Notes under the pieces: model-generated
Told to the model about the DNA's origin: nothing
What the model saw: the letters and a program-made list of their open reading frames with translations, nothing else
The model's database searches: none
NCBI GenBank assembly: GCA_041670045.1
Contig: JBAXZY010000001.1
Coordinates: 12,213-76,212, forward strand
DNA from: Bacilli bacterium
Lineage (GTDB): Bacteria; Bacillota_I; Bacilli_A; RFN20; CAG-288
Reading direction: 5' to 3'
Length of the DNA stretch: 64,000 nucleotides
Position numbers and translations under genes: made by a program
Shown here: piece by piece, positions 21,345 to 29,663 of the stretch
How the letters are laid out: every line of letters starts with the position of its first letter
Numbering within the stretch: the first letter of the stretch is position 1

Positions 21345-21826
21345 AAAGACGAATTAACCAATAGAGCTGATACAATCAAAAGACAATCAAAAACATTAGC
21401 GTCATCTTTAACATCAACAAAAAAGAAACCGTTTCTTTTAAAGAAAAGATTTTGAATCTTGACTGAGGCAATAGTTTTATTACTCTCATCAAAAATATCA
21501 AATGCAAATTCAAGTTCGACATCTCCGACAATTTTCCAATTCATTGGAAGGCAGAAATAACATTCATCACATAAAAGTTTTGGGGAATTGGCAATGGATA
21601 ATACTTCTTTCCCGGTTGAATCAAGAACCATCAAATTGCATGAAAGGATTCCATCTTTTGGTTTGATTTCATAATAATCCTGACCCTTATAAACCACCTG
21701 GCCTTTTTGCCTCTGTGACTCAATCAAGGCAGTAGCAATAACAGTTTTGTCTTCAAGAGTAAAAACAAAAGAATTTGTCCAGTAGGACTCTTTAGTATAA
21801 GTAATATTGATAATCATAATTACCAT
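21341..21826 (-). CDS. Hypothetical protein (possibly LURP-one/DUF567-like fold)
   Basis: 161 aa with no catalytic motif. It is convergent with the aminopeptidase gene with a 4-nt overlap. The family guess is weak. Confidence 0.35.
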   Translation of the reverse strand: MVIMIINITYTKESYWTNSFVFTLEDKTVIATALIESQRQKGQVVYKGQDYYEIKPKDGILSCNLMVLDSTGKEVLSIANSPKLLCDECYFCLPMNWKIVGDVELEFAFDIFDESNKTIASVKIQNLFFKRNGFFFVDVKDDANVFDCLLIVSALLVNSSF

Positions 21827-21999
21827 TCCTCAAGAATAAATCATTCTTTGATTTTGTTGTTTGCTTTTTGCTTAACAACTATATTATGACACATTTAGTT
21901 TGGTCTTTCTTGAAGTAGTTTCATAATAAAACTCAAAAAGCCAACCTCCTAGAGAAGTTGGCTTTTATAATAAGTCTTTTGGATTAGGAGAAAAAGAAG

Positions 22000-24387
22000 T
22001 TACTTCTTATCCCACTTCCAATTAGCGATTTCAGGCATATCCATACCATATTCATGAATATACTGTTTGTGCTCAACCAATTTATCAGACATCTTCTGAT
22101 AGAGGTAGGCACCCCGGTTACCAAGCTGAGGAAGTCTAAGCAAGACATCCTGCACCAAATGGAAACGGTCAATATCGTTCTGCACTCGCATATCGAAAGG
22201 CGTCGTGATTGTTCCTTCCTCCTTATAGCCACGGACATGTAAGTCACGGTTGTGTCTTCGATAGGTCAGCTCATGTATTAAAGTGGCATAGCCATGGAAG
22301 TTGAAGATGATCGGTTTATCCTTAGTGAACAGCATATCGTATTCGGCATCCGATAAGCCATGGGGATGTTCAGCTTTCGGCTGAAGCTTGAATAAGTCAA
22401 CCACGTTGATGAAACGAATCTTAACTTCCGGTAATTCCTTATTCAGAATCGAAACAGCAGCTAATGCCTCAAGGGTGGGAGTTTCACCGGCACAGGCCAT
22501 AACAACATCCGGTTCCTGTCCTTGATCATTACTAGCCCATTCCCAGATTCCGATACCCTGAGTACAATGTTTGACAGCCTGCTCCATTGTGAGCCATTGC
22601 GGGCGAGGATGCTTAGAAGCAATGATGACATTGACATAGTTACGGCTTCTTAAGCAGTGATCCATACAGGAGAGTAAACAGTTAGCATCCGGGGGTAAAT
22701 AGATTCTGACAACATCGGCTTTCTTGTTAGCAATGTGATCCATGAAGCCAGGATCCTGATGAGTGAAACCATTATGGTCCTGCTGCCAGACCGTTGAAGC
22801 TAACAAAAGATTAAGAGAAGAAATCTTTTGTCTCCAAGGAAGTTGGTTGCAGACCTTCAGCCATTTAGCATGCTGAGCAACCATAGAATCAACAATTCTA
22901 ATGAAAGCTTCATAAGAGCAGAAGAAGCCATGTCTTCCAGTTAAAAGATAACCTTCTAACCAGCCCTCACAGCAATGCTCGGAAAGCATGGAATCAATCA
23001 CTCGGCCATCATCAGAAAGAAATTCATCAGTCGGAAGAGTAGCATTATCCCACTGACGGGAAGTAGCCTCAAAAATATAATTAAGACGATTAGATAATGT
23101 CTCATCGGGTCCAAATACTCTGAAGTTTCTCTGATCCTGATTTCCTTTGATGATGTCACGGATGAACTTACCAAGTTCAGTCATATCCTGTGCATCAGTA
23201 GCACCAGGAGTCTTTACCGGATAAGCGTAGTTTCTAAAGTCAGGCATTCTCAAATCTTTTAAGAGTAAGCCGCCATTAGCATGCGGATTAGAGCCAATTC
23301 TTTGATCACCCTTAGGGGCGAGATCTGCTAGGTCAGCTCTGAAATGACCGTCCTTGTCAAATAGCTTCTCAGGGTGATAGGACTTAAGCCAATCATTCAG
23401 TTCCTTTAAGTGAGCTGCAGAATCAATCATAATCGGAACCTGATGAGCTCTGAAAGACCCTTCAACAGGTAAACCATCGACTACCTTCGGTCCGGTCCAG
23501 CCTTTAGGTGAACGCAAAACAATCATCGGCCAAGCCGGTCTAGTAGGATCATTTTTCTCTCTGGCATGTTTCTGAATAGCTTTGATTTCCTCAATGCATT
23601 TGTCCATGGTTTCAGCCATCTTCTTATGCATAGTCATGGGATCATCGCCTTCGACAAAATAAGGCTTCCAGCCAGAGCCTTCCAAGTATTCTTCTAATTC
23701 TTTATGGGAAATACGACTGAAGACAGTCGGATTAGCAATCTTATAGCCATTAAGATTGATGATAGGAAGAACAGCTCCATCATGAATCGGGTTCAGGAAC
23801 TTGTTGGACTGCCATGAGGTAGCTAAAGGTCCAGTCTCCATTTCACCATCACCGACAATAACAGTAGCAATCAGATCCGGATTGTCGAATACAGCTCCAA
23901 AGCCATGAGCAATGGAATAGCCTAATTCACCGCCTTCATTAATACTGCCGGGAGTTTCCGGTGCACAATGGGATGGGACACCACCTGGGAAAGAGAACTG
24001 CTTAAATAACTTCTGAAGGCCTTCCTTATCCTGAGTAATCTCCGGATAGACTTCGGAATAGGTTCCTTCAAGATAGTCATTGGCAATAAAGAAATTTCCA
24101 CCATGTCCCGGTCCTGAAAGAAGAACCATATCCAAATCATATTTCTTAATGACACGGTTGCAATGGACATAGACAAAGTTCTGTCCAGGGACTGTTCCCC
24201 AGTGTCCGACAATCTTCTGCTTAATATCGCTTTGCTTAAGCGGTCGATCTAATAAAGGATCATCCAATAAATAAAGCTGACAGGCACTTAAATAGTTAGC
24301 AGCCATCCAGTATTCATTCATCTTCCCTAATAGAGATGAAGTGATTGGACCTTTTTCAAGGCAGGTCTCTTCTTTGGCTTTAGGCAT
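22000..24387 (-). CDS. xfp: Xylulose-5-phosphate/fructose-6-phosphate phosphoketolase
   Basis: 795 aa. 'GHWGT', 'EGGELGY' and the N-terminus 'WMAANYLS...LLDDPLL' are characteristic of ThDP-dependent phosphoketolase. Confidence 0.9.
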   Translation of the reverse strand: MPKAKEETCLEKGPITSSLLGKMNEYWMAANYLSACQLYLLDDPLLDRPLKQSDIKQKIVGHWGTVPGQNFVYVHCNRVIKKYDLDMVLLSGPGHGGNFFIANDYLEGTYSEVYPEITQDKEGLQKLFKQFSFPGGVPSHCAPETPGSINEGGELGYSIAHGFGAVFDNPDLIATVIVGDGEMETGPLATSWQSNKFLNPIHDGAVLPIINLNGYKIANPTVFSRISHKELEEYLEGSGWKPYFVEGDDPMTMHKKMAETMDKCIEEIKAIQKHAREKNDPTRPAWPMIVLRSPKGWTGPKVVDGLPVEGSFRAHQVPIMIDSAAHLKELNDWLKSYHPEKLFDKDGHFRADLADLAPKGDQRIGSNPHANGGLLLKDLRMPDFRNYAYPVKTPGATDAQDMTELGKFIRDIIKGNQDQRNFRVFGPDETLSNRLNYIFEATSRQWDNATLPTDEFLSDDGRVIDSMLSEHCCEGWLEGYLLTGRHGFFCSYEAFIRIVDSMVAQHAKWLKVCNQLPWRQKISSLNLLLASTVWQQDHNGFTHQDPGFMDHIANKKADVVRIYLPPDANCLLSCMDHCLRSRNYVNVIIASKHPRPQWLTMEQAVKHCTQGIGIWEWASNDQGQEPDVVMACAGETPTLEALAAVSILNKELPEVKIRFINVVDLFKLQPKAEHPHGLSDAEYDMLFTKDKPIIFNFHGYATLIHELTYRRHNRDLHVRGYKEEGTITTPFDMRVQNDIDRFHLVQDVLLRLPQLGNRGAYLYQKMSDKLVEHKQYIHEYGMDMPEIANWKWDKK

Positions 24388-24736
24388 ATGATAATCTCCT
24401 TTTAATAGCTTCTAATATTATACATTTTTTGCATTCCATTCGGGTAAGATATACCAAAATTATGTTTCAAAAAAGATTTGTTTTTTTAAGCCTTATAATT
24501 AAAGATAAAGTCTTACTTCATTTTGCCTCTATAAACCAAAAAGAGATTCATTGAAAAAAAGAATTTCTAATGATTGTTTATATATTTTCAGTTTTCCTCA
24601 TAAAAAAAGAGTGCCTTTTTATCGTAATATTTTTAATAATTAAGTCTATGAATATTGAACGATTATTTAATTAGATAATTGTTTACTATTATTCTTATAG
24701 TGGCAATCCTATAATGCAAGTAAGAGGTAGAGAGCA

Positions 24737-26213
24737 ATGAAAAGAAAATCATTAATCATGATTCTTCTATCAATTCCTTTATGTTTAGCAAGCTGCGTGA
24801 CAAGTACAGGTACATCATCTGTTGACTCTGATACTGGTTCTTCATCATCACAAACAACTGATGCCGGTTCATCATCAACATCATCTCATTCCGGAGGACC
24901 ATGCGGTGGCACCTGAGGTGGTGGATCAGGGTCTGGTTCAGCTACTTATGGAGCTGCAACTGAGATTACCTCCACTGAAACTCAGACTGATAAGTCTTAT
25001 ACATCCTCTAATAGTGATGAAAGTGCCATTCTTTGTAAGACAGCTAATATCACTGGAACTATTCTGAATCCGACTGTCACTAAAACCGGTGACACCTCAT
25101 CAGCCGATAATTCCTCTTTCTATGGTCAGAATGCCTCAATCTTAGCTACTAACGGTACTTTAGACGTTAAAGGCGGAAGTATCAATTCTACTGCTAGCGG
25201 CGCACCTGGCTTATGCGGCTATAATGATGGTGTTGTCAATGTAGCTGATACAAGCGTTACTACCACTAAGAACTGATGCCTGCGGTGGAGGGACTGTCAA
25301 TGCCTGGAATATGACCGTATCAACAGCAGGGGAGCATTCCGCTCCCATCAGATCCAATCGCGGTGGCGGAACTATGCGAGTTGATGGTGGAGCCTATAAT
25401 TCTACCGGCGATGGTTCACCGGCTATCTATTCCACCGCTGATATTGCAGTTCATAATGCAACTTTAAATGCCTCAGGATCTGAAGCCGCTTCTATTGAAG
25501 GCAAGAACAGCATTCGATTGTTTGATTGTGACCTGACCGGCAATATGTCCGATTCCGAGCAGAATGATAACACTTGGGGTGTCATCCTCTATCAATCCAT
25601 GTCCGGTGATTCCACAGTCGGAACTTCCGAGTTTGCTATGGTTGGCGGAAAATTGAATATCAAAAACGGGGGATATTTCCATACCAACTCTACTTCATCG
25701 GAGTTTTTGCTTGATAATGTCACCTTGAGCCATGAAAACAATGATTCCTACGAATACTTGATCAGATGCTGTGGGAATAAAAGATGGAATTCCGGTGCCG
25801 GATCAACTTGCAACTTCACCTGTGTTGATCAGACTATGACTGGTAAAGTCATCTATGATTCAGCATCAACATTGAATCTTTATCTAACTGGTTCTACTGC
25901 TTGGACTGGTAACTCCAAAGTGGATTCTACCTATACCGGTTCAAAGACTTCTTCTATCTATATGGCTTCAGGATCCAAATGGATTGTCAATGGTGATTCC
26001 ACCATTGATAATCTCTATAATGCGGGCACCATTGTTGATAGCAATAATAAGACAGTCACTGTCATCGCTAATGGTACCACAAAAGTCAGTGGAACTTCTG
26101 ACTATACAATTACAGTCACTGGCTCTTACACCACTACCGCTGATCTATCAGATGCTTTAAGTGTACCTTCTTGGAGTGATTACGAGGTAACTAAGCCAGC
26201 TGATATTGCTTAG
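24737..26213 (+). pseudogene. Surface lipoprotein/adhesin-like gene (beta-helix-like NxT/GxS repeats) disrupted by in-frame TGA codons at 24914-24916 and 25274-25276 and a +1 frame change near 25272
   Basis: ATG 24737 encodes 'MKRKSLIMILLSIPLCLASC' (lipobox) then a Ser-rich linker. Frame 2 is open to 25276 apart from the TGA at 24914. The 300-aa ORF 25311..26213 continues the same repeat-rich sequence in frame 0 ('...TTTKN|DACGGGTVNAWNMTVSTAGEHS...'). Confidence 0.6.
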
Positions 26214-26307
26214 CCAATAGTCTTCTTCAAAAATGAATTAAACTGGCACTGCTTATATTGCAATGCCAGTTTTCTATTTTTTTCTATTATTTTTATAAAT
26301 AAGTCGA

Positions 26308-26337
26308 AAAAAGGGTGCTTTTTTACTATAATATTAG
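26308..26337 (+). promoter_or_regulatory. Putative sigma-A promoter for the REase gene (TCGAAA-17-TATAAT); the motif recurs at 24603-24632
   Basis: aagtcgaaaaaagggtgcttttttactataat has a -10 TATAAT, and the RBS AGAGGG precedes ATG 26362. Confidence 0.4.
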
Positions 26338-26361
26338 AAGCACATATCAAGAGGGAATTTA

Positions 26362-27132
26362 ATGATAAACAATCCAAACGGTGGTCCAAAAGACATCAAA
26401 GAGTTTATAGAAGAATACACAAAAATATGTGAACAGGGTTTTATAAAAAGCCATAGAAAAAGCGACACCGGAATTGGGAAAACCCTAGAAGACCTATTAG
26501 GAATAACCGAAAACGATATTCAGGGTCCTGATTTTGCTGATTATGAATTGAAAGCAAGAAGAATAAATAAGGACAATTCAATGGTTTCCTTGTTTACCAA
26601 AGCACCTGATGAAAAAGGCGCAAATAACAAATTAAGAAAAGAATATGGTTATAAAAGAAATCCTGATGACAAATACAACATTTTACATCTTACTTTGGAA
26701 ATGGGAACATCAGTTTGAGACAAAAAATTAGGATTGAAAATTGTAGATGACAAATTATTCATCACAAGTTTTGATAGTCCAATACCATATGCTTATTATC
26801 AAATTGACGGAATAATGAAAAGCTTAAATTCTAAATATGTAACTGGAAAAGCAGTTTTTGCAGAGGCTGAATCACGAGGTCCAAAAAGCAGCGAAGAATT
26901 TCATTATGAAGCAGCACAGTTAGCAACCGGATTGAACGTTAGCCATTTTTTAAGTATGTTAGAAGAAGGATTAATTAAAGTTGACTAGCGCCTAGGCGTC
27001 TACAAATCTGGTAAAAACATTGGAAATGTTCATGACCACGGAACCGGTTTTAGAATTTTTCCGAAAGATGAAATTAAGCTATTTGAAAATATTCAAAATA
27101 TCGTTGATTACACAAATGCAGATATTAAATAA
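26362..27132 (+). pseudogene. Type II restriction endonuclease, PD-(D/E)XK, MvaI/BcnI-like, inactivated by in-frame TGA (26716-26718) and TAG (26986-26988)
   Basis: Frame 1 is continuous from 26362 to TAA 27130-27132 apart from the two stops. The ORF track splits it into 118-aa and 84-aa pieces plus an unlisted ~47-aa tail. It carries 'TLEDLLG...GPDFADYELKARR', a PD...ExK core. 'LFTKAPD...YGYKRNP' and 'HDHGTGFRIFPKDEIKLF' resemble my recollection of BcnI (HDRGPHLRIP.SKLDKLY). Confidence 0.55.
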
Positions 27133-27186
27133 CTTGATTTCTAAATCAAACACTTGTATTCTATAGACAACATTTCGGAGGTAATT

Positions 27187-28800
27187 ATGATTCGCTCTGC
27201 TGTTGGCTATAGAATACAATCATTAATGCAGGAAAAAGGATATAACTATTCGACCTTGTCAAAGGATTCCGGCATATCAAGAGATCATTTATATCATCTT
27301 GTTGATGGTTCAAAAGAGATGGGAATAGATACAGCTGAAAAACTTGCTGAAACTTTTAAAGTTCCAGTAAAATCTTTATTTGATTTCTCATCTATGTCTA
27401 AAGAAAACAGGGAAGACAAATTAATAGTTGATGAATTTCGTTCTTTACCTAATAACTACTGGGATTTTGTAGATGCCAAAACAGATGAATTAATTCATGG
27501 CTTGCACAACTATCCAGCAGTTATGATTTGGCCAATTAGTAATTCGATAATTAGAATCGTTAGTAAATATCGCACGGTAAAATCTTTGCTTGATCCTTTT
27601 GTCAGATCTGGAACCGTAATTGTAGAAGGTCAAAGAGCAGGAATTAAAGAAGTTATTGGCAATGATTTAAATCCATTAGCTTTATTAATTTCAAAAGCTA
27701 AAACCACTTTGCTTTCTTCCGATGACTTTGCTTGCTGCAATACAATCAAAGATAGAATAAATGACATTGCCAATAAAAACGAAGCATTGATTAAATCATT
27801 TGTTGATTCAATAACGTCAAAATATTCTATTGTTGAAAAGGGAGATTGGGCTTCAAATGCCTCAACCATCACGAATAATTATTTTGATAAGTCTCCTTTG
27901 TCAAATTTTAAGATTAAAAATATTGATAATCTTGGTTTTTGGTTTAGACCAGAAAGTGTTATTGAAATTCAAATTATAAAGCAAGTGATCGACCAATTAA
28001 CTACCGAAAATTGCAAACCTTTCTTGTATTGTACCTTAAGTGAAACCATCCGCTTTGTTTCAAATACAAGAAACGGCGAATTCAAACTATATCGGAAACC
28101 AGTTAATAGAATATTAGAAAAAGAACACAAGCCTTTCATGTCTTTCTTATCTGCTCTCGAAAAGAACATAAAAAAAGAAGAAGAATATTTAAAAGCTGTT
28201 TCTAAAGATAGTCATGTTTCAACAATTTGTGAAAATGCTCAACACCTAGATTCAATTAAAGATGGAAGCATAGATATTGTCATTACCTCGCCTCCATATG
28301 GAGATAGTCACACAACTGTAGCCTATGGCCAATATTCCCGTCTTTCTAACATTTGGCTTGGTCTTACAGATGATAAAAATCTAGATTCAAAACTTTTGGG
28401 TGGCAAAAAAATCAAAGACCGTGATATAAAAGATCTTCAAAGTCCAACCTTAGAAAAGATTATCTCCCAGATATCAAACACTGATGCTAAAAGAGCAGCT
28501 GAGGTCTTAGACTTCTATTTTGAACTTGATGCCTCGTTACAAGAGATTTCCAATAAAGTTACAATTAATGGCTATGAATTCTGGGTTGTAGGAAATCGAA
28601 CAGTTAAACTCGTGAACATCCCAACCGATATAATCTTAAGTGAGTTAGGTATCAAATATAATTTGATTGTTTTAGACAAATATTACCGGATGATTTCAAA
28701 CAAAGTAATGCCTAATTTGAATTCTCCCTCAAATATTGCAGGTAATCATGCTCAAACTATGACAAGTGAAATTATTGTTTTCTTCAAGAAGACAATATAA
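27187..28800 (+). CDS. DNA amino-methyltransferase (N4-cytosine or N6-adenine) with an N-terminal XRE-type HTH. The ORF track starts at 27154; ATG 27187 follows GGAGG.
   Basis: The HTH is 'GYRIQSLMQEKGYNYSTLSKDSGISRDHLYHLVDG'. The SAM motif I-like 'LDPFVRSGTV...IGNDLNP' and the catalytic motif IV 'ITSPPYGDS' are present; SPPY favours N4mC, which is consistent with an MvaI/BcnI-type partner. Confidence 0.75.
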   Translation: MIRSAVGYRIQSLMQEKGYNYSTLSKDSGISRDHLYHLVDGSKEMGIDTAEKLAETFKVPVKSLFDFSSMSKENREDKLIVDEFRSLPNNYWDFVDAKTDELIHGLHNYPAVMIWPISNSIIRIVSKYRTVKSLLDPFVRSGTVIVEGQRAGIKEVIGNDLNPLALLISKAKTTLLSSDDFACCNTIKDRINDIANKNEALIKSFVDSITSKYSIVEKGDWASNASTITNNYFDKSPLSNFKIKNIDNLGFWFRPESVIEIQIIKQVIDQLTTENCKPFLYCTLSETIRFVSNTRNGEFKLYRKPVNRILEKEHKPFMSFLSALEKNIKKEEEYLKAVSKDSHVSTICENAQHLDSIKDGSIDIVITSPPYGDSHTTVAYGQYSRLSNIWLGLTDDKNLDSKLLGGKKIKDRDIKDLQSPTLEKIISQISNTDAKRAAEVLDFYFELDASLQEISNKVTINGYEFWVVGNRTVKLVNIPTDIILSELGIKYNLIVLDKYYRMISNKVMPNLNSPSNIAGNHAQTMTSEIIVFFKKTI

Positions 28801-28877
28801 TAACCGATTTGTTTTTAGGCATTTCTTTTAAATCAAAAAAAGAGGACCGGCAACTAGCTAGTCCTTTTTTTAATTGT

Positions 28878-29645
28878 TTAGTATTCGACGACGTTGATGT
28901 TTCTCATCAACAGGTCACGCTGAGACTGATCAGTAGTAGTGCAGAGCTTAGTAGCAGAGACAACAGAGACCCACTGCTGAACATATTCAATTCTCGTATC
29001 GGACTTCTTGCAGAAATCCTTGAGATACATCATGGCTCCCTTATCATCACCATCAAGAGTGAAAGTGAGGTAAGTCATTGCGGCATCAGCAGAGGCATTG
29101 CCACGTGTAGCATGTGCCCAGTCAAGGACATAAGCCTTGTCGCCATCGAAGATGACATTGTGAGGAGTTAAGTCACCATGGCAGAACTTGTAGTGGTTTG
29201 GCATCTTCTCAAGACGGACATGTAAGTCATAGCGAGTAGTGGCATCAAGGCCAGAATCAGTGATGTAGTTATTGAGCTTATCCTTGAGCTTAGGAAGCTT
29301 AAGGTTATCGCTTAAATGAGAGAGGATGGAAATCTGAATCTGAACTAAGCGGTCGATATACTTTTTCTTATTGGCAGGATCATCAATCATCATCTGAGCT
29401 AAGGTCTTGCCCTTAATCTCTTCAGAGGAGATAGCCCAATTCTTTCCAACTAAGAAGACAGAGATGACACGTGGAGCATTTAAGCCACATTCAATGGCAT
29501 ACTCCTGATTCATAGCTTCCTTCAAAACATCACTAGGATTATAGAGCTTGGAGTCAAATACTTTGGTGATAACTCCATTATTCGAATAGATGGATTTGTT
29601 GTGTCTTGTAATAATCAGCTTTCCTAAATCTTTTTCAGTAACCAT
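28878..29645 (-). CDS. Aminoglycoside/choline-kinase-type phosphotransferase family protein (APH-like fold)
   Basis: 255 aa. 'FCHGDLTPHNVIFDGDKAYVLDWAHA' is the Brenner motif (HGD...N) followed by the DW/D motif. Confidence 0.65.
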   Translation of the reverse strand: MVTEKDLGKLIITRHNKSIYSNNGVITKVFDSKLYNPSDVLKEAMNQEYAIECGLNAPRVISVFLVGKNWAISSEEIKGKTLAQMMIDDPANKKKYIDRLVQIQISILSHLSDNLKLPKLKDKLNNYITDSGLDATTRYDLHVRLEKMPNHYKFCHGDLTPHNVIFDGDKAYVLDWAHATRGNASADAAMTYLTFTLDGDDKGAMMYLKDFCKKSDTRIEYVQQWVSVVSATKLCTTTDQSQRDLLMRNINVVEY

Positions 29646-29663
29646 GTGTTTGCCTCCCTCGTG

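Noticed and set aside
24822-25067. 81-aa His-rich ORF (MTLILVLHHHKQLMPVHHQHH...)
   Set aside because: It is an out-of-frame read of the Ser-rich linker of the lipoprotein gene in frame 2 (TCATCA repeats read as CAT/CAC), so it is not an independent gene.
25270-25276. Programmed +1 ribosomal frameshift (prfB-like) at AAC-TGA-T in the lipoprotein gene
   Set aside because: tRNA-Asn cannot re-pair in the +1 frame (ACU), there is no upstream SD-like stimulator, and the gene carries an additional premature TGA. A mutational frameshift is favoured.
24737-26213. Possibility that in-frame TGA codons indicate an alternative genetic code (TGA=Trp or Gly) or selenocysteine
   Set aside because: TGA clearly terminates hrcA (318-320), the AraC-type gene (10899-10901) and others. 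ORFs of up to 1211 aa are uninterrupted under code 11. No SECIS-like hairpin follows the TGAs. The same gene also needs a frame change. Pseudogene or phase variation is the simpler reading.
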